NCBI GenBank assembly: GCA_017430365.1
Contig: JAFRNC010000009.1
Span: 161,804 to 225,803 of the forward strand
Origin: Bacteroidales bacterium
Lineage (GTDB): Bacteria; Bacteroidota; Bacteroidia; Bacteroidales; UBA932
Reading direction: 5' to 3'
DNA length: 64,000 bases
Each line of letters opens with the position of its first letter. The first letter of the stretch is position 1. Below, one piece after another: positions 43,040 through 53,118 of the stretch. The notes below the pieces were generated by a model, which was not told the DNA's origin, searched no databases, and was given only the letters and a program-made list of their open reading frames with translations. A program made the position numbers and the translations under genes.

Positions 43040-46000
43040 CCTACAGCCGCATGTTCATCGAAGGTGCGGTGGTTACCGGTTATCAGGAGATTCAGCAGAA
43101 GAAAGTGACGGGTGCCATCGCCACGGTCAATTCCAAGACCATCGAGGAGCGTTACACCCCGAGCCTGATGCAGAACCTCGAGGGCCGCGTGGCCGGTCTT
43201 TCGACCTATGGCGGCAAGCTTACAATCCGCGGTGTCAGTTCCATGTACGCCGAGGCCAATCCGCTCCTCGTGGTGGACGGCCTGCCGATGGAAGGCTCCA
43301 TCGACGACCTGAACCCCTACGACATCGAGAGCATCAACGTGCTGAAAGACGCGGCCGCCGCGGCAATCTACGGCGCCCGTGCTTCCAACGGTATCATCGT
43401 CATCACGACCAAGAGCGCCCGCGAGAAAGGCAAGATCGACGTGGACTTCTCCACCAACGTCACGGTCTTCTCCAAGCCCGACATGGACTATGCGCACAAC
43501 TTCTATATGAATGCCGAGCAGCAGGTCGCCCTGGAGAAGAACTACTACGACTACTATTACTTCCACAACGAAGGCGAGGTTACGAATCCGGGCCAGTCGA
43601 TGGAACAGAATCTGTTGTCCGGTTCGGGTTATATTTCCCCAATCGACTATGCCTACTACCGTATGTTCATCGGCGAAGGCACTCAGGCTGAGATCGACCA
43701 GCTCTGCAACCAGCTCTCAAAGAACAATTTCGCGCAACAGTATGCCGACGCGGTTTTTCGCCGTCAGCTGCTGCAGCAGTACAACCTGGCCCTGCGCAGC
43801 CGTTCCGACCGATTCCAGAGCAACTTCGTCGTGAACTGGCGCAACGACAACGCCGGCATCATCAATACATTCGAACGGCAGATGCAGATCAGCTACAAAG
43901 GTTCCTACGATGTCACCAAGTGGCTGACCGCCACCGTGGCCGTCAACGGAATTTACGGCAATCAGCGGGCTAAGGGCTTTACCTACAACGGCTTCGAAAG
44001 CCCCTGGATGACGCCTGCCTATGAAAGTCTTTACAATGCAGATGGTTCCACCAAACTGCTCTATACCTGGTACAACGGCAACCAGTACAGAGACAATACC
44101 GAAGGTGGCTATTTCAAGGAAACCGGCATCAACCTGGTGGACGAGTACTATAACAATGTGATGAACACCAAGCGCCAGTACATGCGTTACCACGGCGACC
44201 TGCTTTTCAAGATTGTAAAGGGCCTGACGGCCAATGCGCAGTTCGTCTATGAGACCGACCACCGCACAGCCGACTGGTACGCCACTCAGGACAGCCAGGC
44301 TGCCAAGACGATCTACAATGCCTATACCGAGGTCGATCCTTACGGCAACGTGACGCATCTTACTCCTGCTTCCGGCGGTTTCCGTGCTGCCCAGAATGTG
44401 GACGGCCGCTACTGGACCGCCCGCGGCCAGCTCAACTATGCAGGCACCTTCGGCAAGCACGAAATCGTGGCCCTGGCCGGTCTGGAATTCCGCGAGACTC
44501 TCTATTCCGGCACCAGCGCCCTGATGCTGGGCTATGACGACCAGTTGCAGAACGCTTCGACGGCGACCATCGACTTCTCGACCATCAGCCAGATGCGCTA
44601 CAGCAGCAACTATATGGCGCTCGGCGGCGGCTTCCCGGCTGTTCAGTTCGCCTACGACCCGTATATCCGCAGCAATATGGACCCTGTGGTCGAGCAGCAT
44701 CACCGCTACGCTTCCGGTTACGCAAACTTTACCTACACCTATGACGAGAAGTACAACGTCTTCGGCTCCTTCCGCAAGGACTACGCTGATGTGTACGGCC
44801 TGAACGTGAAGCTTCGCGGCCGTCCGCTCTGGAGTGCCGGTGTGGCCTGGAACATCAACAACGAAGAATTCCTCAAGCCGGTCAGCTGGATCAATGCACT
44901 CAAGCTCCGTCTGAGCTACGGTGTCACCGGTAACATTTACCAGGGCGCCACCAGCTATATGACTGCCACCAGCACAGGCCTGAACTACTATACCAACGAG
45001 CCGTTCGGTACCATCCAGAGCCCGGCCAACCCGAACCTCAAGTGGGAGCGGACGCTGACGACCAATGTCGGTCTCGACTTCTCGTTCGTTGAAAACCGTT
45101 TCCGCGGCTCCCTCGACTACTACCGCAAGGTCGGCAAGGACCTCTTCTCCTACAAGACGCTCGACCCGACCACCGGTTTCACCTCGATGTTCATGAACGT
45201 GGCCGATATGGTCAACAACGGTGTGGAACTCACTTTCACTGGCGACTGGATCCGTGAACGCCGCCGCAGCGATTTCGGTTGGAGCAGCACCCTGACCTTC
45301 GCCGTCAACAAGAACAAGATCACCAATGTGGAGAACGCTTCCACCAAGGCCTATGAATTGATCTCCAATCCGTATGTCGTCGGCTATCCGACAAGTGCCC
45401 TCTGGAGCTGGCAGTTCGCCGGCATCAGTGAGGCTGATGGAGAAAAAGGACAGACGCTCTGGTATTCCGATAACGACCGCAAGACGCACAGTGCCCAAAG
45501 CGGAAGTGTCGACATCATGAAATATTCCGGCCAGGCTGAGCCTGTAGTTATAGCCGGCCTGGATAACCGCTTCACCTGGAACGGTCTTAGCCTGAGTGTC
45601 CTGATGGCTTACTACGGCGGTCACGTGATGCGTGCCCTGGCGGAAGATGAGACCTTCGGCGTCGGTAGCGGACTGGCTGTCCCCAGTTATTTCCTCAATG
45701 CCTGGACGCCGGAGAACAAGACCAATACCCCGGGTATCGGCCGCTATTCCTCCAATGCACTCGGCCGAGAACCCAGTACGAGCGACATCTCGGTCCGCAA
45801 CGCAGCCTTCCTGAAAATCCGCAACATCGTGCTGGGTTATGAACTGCCCGAAAACTGGGTCCGCAAGATCGGTGCTTCCCGCGCGAACCTGCAGTTCCAG
45901 ATCGATAATCTGCCGGCCCTCTGGACGGCCTTCAACCCGGGTCGCGACATCCCGTATTATGAAAAGGGCGTCCGTTTCGATCCCGAGACCCTCGGCATCC

Positions 46001-46044
46001 CGCAGCGCAGTTCCTATATCTTCGGTCTCCACATCAACTTCTAA
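43036..46044 (+). CDS. SusC-like TonB-dependent transporter (plug plus barrel), with no signal peptide of its own
   Basis: 1002 aa. Plug motifs VVTGYQEIQQKKVTGAIATV, LEGRVAGL and IESINVLKDAAAAAIYGARASNGIIVITTK. The C-terminus is IFGLHINF. It is followed by a SusD-like gene. Confidence 0.85.
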   Translation: MTYSRMFIEGAVVTGYQEIQQKKVTGAIATVNSKTIEERYTPSLMQNLEGRVAGLSTYGGKLTIRGVSSMYAEANPLLVVDGLPMEGSIDDLNPYDIESINVLKDAAAAAIYGARASNGIIVITTKSAREKGKIDVDFSTNVTVFSKPDMDYAHNFYMNAEQQVALEKNYYDYYYFHNEGEVTNPGQSMEQNLLSGSGYISPIDYAYYRMFIGEGTQAEIDQLCNQLSKNNFAQQYADAVFRRQLLQQYNLALRSRSDRFQSNFVVNWRNDNAGIINTFERQMQISYKGSYDVTKWLTATVAVNGIYGNQRAKGFTYNGFESPWMTPAYESLYNADGSTKLLYTWYNGNQYRDNTEGGYFKETGINLVDEYYNNVMNTKRQYMRYHGDLLFKIVKGLTANAQFVYETDHRTADWYATQDSQAAKTIYNAYTEVDPYGNVTHLTPASGGFRAAQNVDGRYWTARGQLNYAGTFGKHEIVALAGLEFRETLYSGTSALMLGYDDQLQNASTATIDFSTISQMRYSSNYMALGGGFPAVQFAYDPYIRSNMDPVVEQHHRYASGYANFTYTYDEKYNVFGSFRKDYADVYGLNVKLRGRPLWSAGVAWNINNEEFLKPVSWINALKLRLSYGVTGNIYQGATSYMTATSTGLNYYTNEPFGTIQSPANPNLKWERTLTTNVGLDFSFVENRFRGSLDYYRKVGKDLFSYKTLDPTTGFTSMFMNVADMVNNGVELTFTGDWIRERRRSDFGWSSTLTFAVNKNKITNVENASTKAYELISNPYVVGYPTSALWSWQFAGISEADGEKGQTLWYSDNDRKTHSAQSGSVDIMKYSGQAEPVVIAGLDNRFTWNGLSLSVLMAYYGGHVMRALAEDETFGVGSGLAVPSYFLNAWTPENKTNTPGIGRYSSNALGREPSTSDISVRNAAFLKIRNIVLGYELPENWVRKIGASRANLQFQIDNLPALWTAFNPGRDIPYYEKGVRFDPETLGIPQRSSYIFGLHINF

Positions 46045-46056
46045 GACATCCGTGCC

Positions 46057-47487
46057 ATGAAAAAGATATTTGTTATCCTGACTACCTGCCTGCTGCTGGC
46101 CTCCTGCGCCGAGTTCACCGAACTGCAGCCCAAAGGCATGAACCTGCTTTCCACCGTCGATGAGCTGGAACTCCTGCTCAACGCCGAGTTTGAAGGCCCC
46201 ACTTCGGATATGAAACGGATGTGCGGCGATATGATCAGCTATGCCAACATTCCCAACGAACTGGCTTCGCCGACACCGTCGCGCTATACCATAATGCTGA
46301 CCTGGGACGAGTCGAAAATCGAGACTTTCAATGATTTGACGGCCGGCGACGGCGATTATACTTCCATGTACGGTTTCATCGGCAGGGTATGCAACCCGAT
46401 CCTCAGCCGTATCGGTGACGCAACGGGCGACGAGTCCAGAAAGAACCAGCTGAAGGCCGAAGCCTATACCATCCGCGCCTGGGCCCAGTATATCCTGGTC
46501 AACAAGTTTGCGGCAGCTTACAATCCTTCTACCGCAGCCAATACGCCGGGTATCCCCATCCTGCTGGAAGACTGGGACATCTCCGAGCCTACCGAAGTCT
46601 GGACAGTCGCCGAGGTGTATGACCAGATCATCGCCGACTGCGACGCCGCAATCGCCCTTAACGCACTTCCGCTGAACAATGTCAACCGGATGCGCATGAG
46701 CAAGGCCTGCCCGTACGCCGTCAAGGCGCTGGCGCTGATGGCCATGCAGAAATTCGACGAGGCGGAGTCAGTCGCCAAGCAGGCGCTCGACATCAACGGT
46801 ACCGTTTCGGATTATCTGGATGCCGCGCATACCACCATCACTACGGGCTATATAATCGGCGGTCAGTATCCTTCCCTGTATCTGGCCAAACTCGAACAGG
46901 AAGAAGACTACTTCCATACCTACGATATCATTTTCTACGAGGCCGTCAGCCAGGAAGGTGTCGCGCGCTTCGAGCCCGGCTATGCCACCTATTCCCGCAT
47001 GTCCAGCATGGATATGATGTACGACTATATGATGGGCGGCGAAATGATGACCGGCGTTCCCTGTTTCATGACCTTCGACCTGAACTCCAGCTGGAACACC
47101 TACGGCCTGAAGACGCCGCATATGTACCTGACCGTCGCCGAGTGCGAAATCCGCAAGGGGAACATCGACGAAGCCATGAAGTATCTTGACTTCATCCGCG
47201 TGAAACGCGTCGAGCCCGCCATGTATGCCCCGCTGCAGGGTAACGTGTCCACGAAGGCTGACGCGATCGCCCACCTGAAGCAGGTGTCGCACGGCGAATT
47301 CGTGTATACCCCGTACAACTTCATCATCCGCAAGCGCTGGAATCAGCTCGACGATATGAAGGAGACCTTCACCCGCGAACTGGCCGGCAAGACCTATACG
47401 CTGACACCCGATTCGAAGATGTGGATCTTCCCGTTCCCCAAGAACGCGATGAGCAACAACGCCAACATCGTTCCGAACAACCTTTAA
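46057..47487 (+). CDS. SusD/RagB-family lipoprotein
   Basis: 476 aa. Lipobox LLLASC. The gene sits 12 nt after the SusC-like gene. Confidence 0.8.
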   Translation: MKKIFVILTTCLLLASCAEFTELQPKGMNLLSTVDELELLLNAEFEGPTSDMKRMCGDMISYANIPNELASPTPSRYTIMLTWDESKIETFNDLTAGDGDYTSMYGFIGRVCNPILSRIGDATGDESRKNQLKAEAYTIRAWAQYILVNKFAAAYNPSTAANTPGIPILLEDWDISEPTEVWTVAEVYDQIIADCDAAIALNALPLNNVNRMRMSKACPYAVKALALMAMQKFDEAESVAKQALDINGTVSDYLDAAHTTITTGYIIGGQYPSLYLAKLEQEEDYFHTYDIIFYEAVSQEGVARFEPGYATYSRMSSMDMMYDYMMGGEMMTGVPCFMTFDLNSSWNTYGLKTPHMYLTVAECEIRKGNIDEAMKYLDFIRVKRVEPAMYAPLQGNVSTKADAIAHLKQVSHGEFVYTPYNFIIRKRWNQLDDMKETFTRELAGKTYTLTPDSKMWIFPFPKNAMSNNANIVPNNL

Positions 47488-47496
47488 GCTATTGAA

Positions 47497-49461
47497 ATGA
47501 AAAGGTTATTTCTTACCCTTTCCCTGCTGCTCTGCTGTTTTCTGGGCCTCAACGCCCAGAAAAAGCAGGCGGTAAGCGTGCTGTATGTGGGCGGCTCGGC
47601 CGACTTGGAAACGATGGGCCTGGAAGTGAAGCCCGACCCCGCGGTACTCGCCAGGAGCGCTGCCGAGCGCACCGCCGCTTTCGAGAAGTTCCTCAAGAAG
47701 AACTTCAAGACCGTCAAGGTAGTCGATGCCAAGGACTATCATTACTCGATGTCCGATTATTACGACGTGACCATCCTGGACGGAAAGCCTGAACCGATTG
47801 CACCCGGCATCCGCGACGTGGATGAACACGGCCGCCTGGTCCGGTATGCGCTGCCCCAGTATTTCCCGCTCGATTTCAACCGGCCTGTGATTACCATCGC
47901 CAATTTCGGTGAAGACCTTGGCAGGCGCATCGGCACCAAGAATGACTGGTACTGCCTCTGTCTCCAGGACATGGCCCTTGGCTGGAACGCTTCGCATCCC
48001 ATTTTCCAGGGCCCTGTGAAAGTGACACTCGAAACATCGATGCAGCCGACTCCTGCTCCCGCCCTTGAAATCGCGCAGATGATGGGTGAGACCCTGCCGG
48101 CCGAGACCGAGATGTTCCGGATGCAGACGGTCAATTTCGAGCAGAACCGTGACTACCGCATCGGCATGGTCTCACGTCCGGGCGGTTATCTCGATTCGCC
48201 TGAGGCCGAAGTTATAACCGGCGGCAAATGCGACAAGAGTATCGACGCCGTGGCCATCGGCCGTCACGCCAACTGGCTGACCTGGGGTTTCTCCGCCTCG
48301 CCGGCCTATATGACCGAGACAGCCAAGGCACTCTTTGTCAACGCTATCGTCTATATGAAACAGTTCGCTGGACAGCATCCCATCGCCCGGAAGTTCAATG
48401 ACGGTGTCTCCACACGTGACCATATAGCGATGGAGCGCAACCGTATGAGCCGTGCCATGTGGGAGGCCAACAACAAGGCCAACGCCGATTTCAACCGGAT
48501 GGTGGACAGCCTGAAAGCCGTCATCAAAGATCAGAAAGCGCGTGGGGAAGCTGTTGACCCCAATATGGCCATCTATGAGAATTTCCCTGCTCAGAAATTG
48601 TTGACTTATAGGGAATTCCTTATGCAGATGGATCGTGGCAAGGGCCTCTATGCCGTTTTCGGCACTGACGAGAAGGCCTATAAGGACTACTATGACAAGA
48701 ATTACGGCTGGTTCTGGTGTCCCAACGGCTCCTATGAGCTTGCCATCGACGACGAGGTCCGCTATCTGGGCATTCCGAACAATGACATCCGCATCCTCGA
48801 CAAGTGCATCTCGATGCTCGAGAAGAACGATCCGGAGAAGGACATTGCCGAAACAATTCTGAAACGCTACACGCTCTGCCGTTTCGAAACCGCGAAAGAG
48901 TGGCGCGACTGGTACAACCGCTATCACGACAAACTCTTTTTCACGGAGAGCGGCGGCTACCTCTGGCTGGTCAATACCTTTGAAAATGTACCTGGCAACG
49001 ACTACCGTGTGCGTCTGGCCGAGGAAGAAGAGGCTTATATGCTGGGCAGGGATTCCCGCCTCCGCGGGAATGACGGTCCGGCCTCGCTGACCGACGACCG
49101 CAACCCCGTATATCTCCAGGCCAAGGCTGTCAATACCGATAAGGGCAAGGATATCGTGGTCTTCCAGAAGATCCATCCCGGTTATCACACCTATGCCGTG
49201 GTACCTGCGGATGAGGTTTTCGTCGTGACGACCGTCGAGATCGAACTGCCTGCCGGTTATGAGAAAGTAGGGCCCCTCTATCTCCCCGAAGCCGGCCTGC
49301 TCGACGCTTCCGGCACGACCGTATACCGCGGCACAGGCGAATTCCGCCAGTCGATCCAGGGCAGGGGCGAGGGCGATGCCATCGTCAAAATCACCTACCA
49401 GTGCTGCAATAACAACACCTGCCTGGTGCCCGAAACCAAAACCTTTACCGTAAAACTTTAA
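47497..49461 (+). CDS. Secreted protein of unknown function with a C-terminal DsbD-alpha-like (DsbD N-terminal type) domain
   Basis: 654 aa. Signal peptide present. The C-terminal roughly 110 aa end in KITYQCCNNNTCLVPETKTFTVKL, which resembles the DsbD alpha motif (compare VEWQACNDENCIPP in the DsbD of this window). Confidence 0.6.
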   Translation: MKRLFLTLSLLLCCFLGLNAQKKQAVSVLYVGGSADLETMGLEVKPDPAVLARSAAERTAAFEKFLKKNFKTVKVVDAKDYHYSMSDYYDVTILDGKPEPIAPGIRDVDEHGRLVRYALPQYFPLDFNRPVITIANFGEDLGRRIGTKNDWYCLCLQDMALGWNASHPIFQGPVKVTLETSMQPTPAPALEIAQMMGETLPAETEMFRMQTVNFEQNRDYRIGMVSRPGGYLDSPEAEVITGGKCDKSIDAVAIGRHANWLTWGFSASPAYMTETAKALFVNAIVYMKQFAGQHPIARKFNDGVSTRDHIAMERNRMSRAMWEANNKANADFNRMVDSLKAVIKDQKARGEAVDPNMAIYENFPAQKLLTYREFLMQMDRGKGLYAVFGTDEKAYKDYYDKNYGWFWCPNGSYELAIDDEVRYLGIPNNDIRILDKCISMLEKNDPEKDIAETILKRYTLCRFETAKEWRDWYNRYHDKLFFTESGGYLWLVNTFENVPGNDYRVRLAEEEEAYMLGRDSRLRGNDGPASLTDDRNPVYLQAKAVNTDKGKDIVVFQKIHPGYHTYAVVPADEVFVVTTVEIELPAGYEKVGPLYLPEAGLLDASGTTVYRGTGEFRQSIQGRGEGDAIVKITYQCCNNNTCLVPETKTFTVKL

Positions 49462-49500
49462 CCTGTCATTTCCGGTTTGACCGGGAATATCACAACAATC

Positions 49501-50676
49501 ATGAAAAAAATACTTTCAATCATTTTCGCCGTTGCCGCCCTCTGTGCCTGCTCCAAACAGCAGCACGGCTACGTCATCAAGGGCCAGGCAGGCGATCTGG
49601 ACGGAAAGGCCGTTCTCTCGTATGCTCTCCCGGATGGCACTGCCGTCAATGATACTGTAGCGATGAACAAAGGCCGCTTCACCTTCAAGGGCTCGGTGCC
49701 CGATGTGGTGATCGGCTCCGTCGCCCTGCTTCCTGCCGGTGAGGACCCCATGCATACCAATGTCTATGTCGAAAACTGCCCGTTGACGATGAATATCAAT
49801 CTGGACAAGGTGATCGACTATGCCCGCTACGGCGGCAAGTTCCTGTCTGATGTCACCACGACAGGCGGCCCGAACAACGAGTTCGCCGATAAACTGCAGA
49901 ATGTGCGTACGGTTGTCGGACAGCGTCCCGAACTCAAAGAGGTTGCCGCCGCCATCGATGAAGTGGAGTCGATGGGTTATTCCGACATGGCCGCCTATCA
50001 GCAGAAACAGGCTGAAATCCAGAGCAAGTTTGCCGATCAGTTGGAGTCTTATTACAATGCGGTTGAGGAAGAGACCAAAAAACTCATAGCAGCCAATCCG
50101 GATGTCGAGGCCGCGGCCTATATGTTCAACCGCTATTACAACGATGCCGGCACGGAGGAATTTGAAGAAGCCTTTAATAAGTACAGCGAGAAAGTCCGCA
50201 ACAGCTTCCTGGCAGCGGAAGCCCGCGAAGAACTCGCCGCCCGCAAGGCGACGCAGCCGGGCGCCCAGGCTCCGGATTTCACGCTGAACGATCCCGAAGG
50301 CAAACCCGTGACCCTCTCGTCGCTTCGCGGCCAGTATGTCATCGTGGATTTCTGGGCATCCTGGTGCAAGCCCTGCCGCGCAGGTATGCCGGCCATGAAG
50401 GAACTGTATAAGAAATATCACCCCAAGGGTCTGGAAATCATCGGTGTGTCCGACGATACCGACCACAATGCATGGAAAAATGCCATCGAGCAGGACCAGA
50501 CTCCCTGGATCCACGTAGTCGACGAATTCCCGATCGAAAACAGACCCGCACGTGTCGGTTTGCTCTACGGCGTCCACTACATCCCTTCATATTTCCTGTT
50601 GGACAAGGAAGGCAAGGTCATAGGCAAGATGGAGCACGAGGAACTGGAAACCAAACTTGCTGAGCTTCTCGACTAA
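49501..50676 (+). CDS. TlpA-like thioredoxin-fold lipoprotein with an N-terminal DUF4369-like domain (paralogue 1)
   Basis: MKKILSIIFAVAALCAC lipobox and CxxC motif DFWASWCKPC. I prefer the ATG at 49501 over the track start at 49477. Confidence 0.8.
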   Translation: MKKILSIIFAVAALCACSKQQHGYVIKGQAGDLDGKAVLSYALPDGTAVNDTVAMNKGRFTFKGSVPDVVIGSVALLPAGEDPMHTNVYVENCPLTMNINLDKVIDYARYGGKFLSDVTTTGGPNNEFADKLQNVRTVVGQRPELKEVAAAIDEVESMGYSDMAAYQQKQAEIQSKFADQLESYYNAVEEETKKLIAANPDVEAAAYMFNRYYNDAGTEEFEEAFNKYSEKVRNSFLAAEAREELAARKATQPGAQAPDFTLNDPEGKPVTLSSLRGQYVIVDFWASWCKPCRAGMPAMKELYKKYHPKGLEIIGVSDDTDHNAWKNAIEQDQTPWIHVVDEFPIENRPARVGLLYGVHYIPSYFLLDKEGKVIGKMEHEELETKLAELLD

Positions 50677-50693
50677 TTGTCTTTATAATTGAT

Positions 50694-51851
50694 ATGAAGA
50701 AATCATTCTTTACTGCAGCGGCGGCCCTTGCGGCCGCCCTGCTCGTTTCCGCCTGCGGCGGGAACGGTTATACGATCGAAGGCGTCGTGGAAGATTCCGC
50801 CCTTGAAGGCTCGAAAGTCTATAAGATGGACGGTTTCAATATCGCCGATTTCGTGGCTGATCCGACACAATCCATGCCGATGGATTCCACCATTATACAG
50901 AATGGAAAGTATGTTTTCACCGGCAAGGTTTCTGAACCGGATTATTGCATGATCTACGTCGGTGACATGAGCGCAGGAAATCCTGCAGCACATGCAATTG
51001 CCGTCATTGAACCGGGCGCCAGGGTCAGTGTCGTCACCGATGCAGGCCACAAGACCCGTGTTTCGGGGACGCCGTCGAATGATCTGGCCCAGCGGAATGC
51101 CGATGAATACGACCGCCTGACAGACCAGTTCATGCCGCTTTATGAACGCATTGGATCCGGCGAGGCCGATGCCGAAGAATCCGCCCGCCTCGAAAAGCAG
51201 ATGGATGAAATCCGCGCGCAAATGCAGGAGGCCGATTATCGCTTCGTCAAGGAAAATATCAACAATCCTGCGGCATGGTACAAGTTGTATAACGTCGGCG
51301 TGACTGCGGCGATGGAAGACGATGCGGTAGCTAAGTTGAAAGATCTGATTGCAGGGGCGGAAGGGAGCACGAAAGAACGTGTCGACTATAAGGGTATCGT
51401 CGACCGCATCGCGGTCCTGGAACGCACGGCCGTCGGCCAGCCTTTCACTGATCTGGCCATGGAAGATCCCGACGGGAACATGATGCATCTTTCTGACTAT
51501 GCCGGCAAGGGCAAATACATCCTCGTCGATTTCTGGGCCTCCTGGTGCGGCCCCTGCAAGGCCGAGATGCCCCATGTCGTGGAATTGTACAATAAGTACA
51601 GGGACAAAGGCTTCGATATCGTGAGCGTGTCGTTCGACAGCAAGAAAGAGAACTGGCTGAAGGCCATCCCCGAATGGGGCATGACCTGGCATCATATGTC
51701 GGATCTCAAGGGCTGGGGCAGTGAAGGCTCATCAGCCTATGCGGTGAACGCAATACCCCACACGGTCCTCCTTGGCCCGGACGGCACTATTCTCGCCCGC
51801 AACCTGACTGGTGACGCCCTCGCCGCCAAACTTGCTGAACTGTTGAAATGA
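50694..51851 (+). CDS. TlpA-like thioredoxin-fold lipoprotein (paralogue 2)
   Basis: Lipobox LLVSAC and CxxC motif DFWASWCGPC. Same three-part architecture as paralogue 1. Confidence 0.8.
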   Translation: MKKSFFTAAAALAAALLVSACGGNGYTIEGVVEDSALEGSKVYKMDGFNIADFVADPTQSMPMDSTIIQNGKYVFTGKVSEPDYCMIYVGDMSAGNPAAHAIAVIEPGARVSVVTDAGHKTRVSGTPSNDLAQRNADEYDRLTDQFMPLYERIGSGEADAEESARLEKQMDEIRAQMQEADYRFVKENINNPAAWYKLYNVGVTAAMEDDAVAKLKDLIAGAEGSTKERVDYKGIVDRIAVLERTAVGQPFTDLAMEDPDGNMMHLSDYAGKGKYILVDFWASWCGPCKAEMPHVVELYNKYRDKGFDIVSVSFDSKKENWLKAIPEWGMTWHHMSDLKGWGSEGSSAYAVNAIPHTVLLGPDGTILARNLTGDALAAKLAELLK

Positions 51852-53080
51852 AGGCCATGAAACGGATGGTTTTTATCTGCGGCTTTGCAGCCGCCCTGCT
51901 TCTTCTGGCCGGATGTGCCGATGAGGCAGGTAGATTCCGGATTGATGGAACTTTCTACGGAGATGTGGAAGGCAAAACGGTTTATCTGACCCGCGCAGGC
52001 GTGGATCCGGAAAGTCGTTGGCAGCCGGAGGTGCTCGACAGTACGGTCATCAGCAATGGCAGGTTCAGTTTCAGCGGGTCCGTGGAAGAGCCGACATTGC
52101 TCATAATCAAGTATTTTCCCGATGAAAGGCGGGCGGCTGCCGATGACCGGGGCGTCATCATGCATCCGGTCGTCCCGCTCCTTATTGACGGAGGGAATAT
52201 CCAGGTGGAAGCCGCGGTCGACAGTCTGCCGAGTGATTTCCTGTTTTATGCCTATGGCAATTATGATTATCGCCATGCCAGAACTGCCGGGTCTCAGCTC
52301 AACAGTCATTATCAGGAATACCAGCAGGAATATTCACGTCTGAAGGATCTTGCTTCAGATATATCCGACCGGTTTAACCAGCGGTATTATTATGAAAAGG
52401 ATGCGACGATAGACTACATCGTAACTGAACTGGATAAACTGGATGCCGCCAAGGCGGATGAAAGGGCTTACCTGAGCGGCTTCATTACCCGGAACCGGGA
52501 CAATGCGGCCGGTTTGATGTCCCTTTCCGAGACGCTCGACCTGTTCAGCAAGGACGAAATCGAAAGCCTTGTGGAAACGCTCTCTCCGAAAATGAAAGAT
52601 ACTCCGCTGGGAAAAGCCGTGATTGAACGTGCTTCCGTCATTGCCAATACGGCTAAAGGGTCACAGTTCGCCGACGTTACGCTCATAGATCCTTCGGACG
52701 GACATCATCAGCTTTCGGAATATCTGGGTAAAGGCAATTATACCCTGTTGGAATTCTGGGCCTCGTGGTGCGGTCCCTGCCGCAGTTCGATTCCTCATCT
52801 CAAGGAAGTTTACTCTCTCTATCATCCGTCGGGTTTCGACATCGTGAGTGTTTCGATGGACGACAAACTTGACGCCTGGAAAAAGGCAGTGGACGAGGAA
52901 CGGATGCCCTGGACGCAGCTCGGCTGCGAAGACGGCTTCGGTGAAGTCGCCAGGATCTACAATTTCAACGGTATTCCATATTGCGTACTCATCGGTCCCG
53001 ACGGCGAAGTGGTGGAAACCAACTGCCGCGACGCCCGCCTCGACCGCCAGCTTGTGAACCTTTACGGTAACAAGTTTTAA
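51848..53080 (+). CDS. TlpA-like thioredoxin-fold lipoprotein (paralogue 3)
   Basis: Lipobox LLLAGC followed by ADEAG. CxxC motif EFWASWCGPC. ATGA overlap with paralogue 2. Confidence 0.8.
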   Translation: MKAMKRMVFICGFAAALLLLAGCADEAGRFRIDGTFYGDVEGKTVYLTRAGVDPESRWQPEVLDSTVISNGRFSFSGSVEEPTLLIIKYFPDERRAAADDRGVIMHPVVPLLIDGGNIQVEAAVDSLPSDFLFYAYGNYDYRHARTAGSQLNSHYQEYQQEYSRLKDLASDISDRFNQRYYYEKDATIDYIVTELDKLDAAKADERAYLSGFITRNRDNAAGLMSLSETLDLFSKDEIESLVETLSPKMKDTPLGKAVIERASVIANTAKGSQFADVTLIDPSDGHHQLSEYLGKGNYTLLEFWASWCGPCRSSIPHLKEVYSLYHPSGFDIVSVSMDDKLDAWKKAVDEERMPWTQLGCEDGFGEVARIYNFNGIPYCVLIGPDGEVVETNCRDARLDRQLVNLYGNKF

Positions 53081-53118
53081 GCCTGCGACCCGTTTTCCTC
53101 CGGGCTGCGGGTATTTTT

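Noticed and set aside
43717-46032. 771-aa ORF on the - strand
   Set aside because: It is fully antisense to the SusC-like gene, which has clear plug and barrel motifs and a SusD partner. The translated sequence is low-complexity and V/G/A/D-rich.
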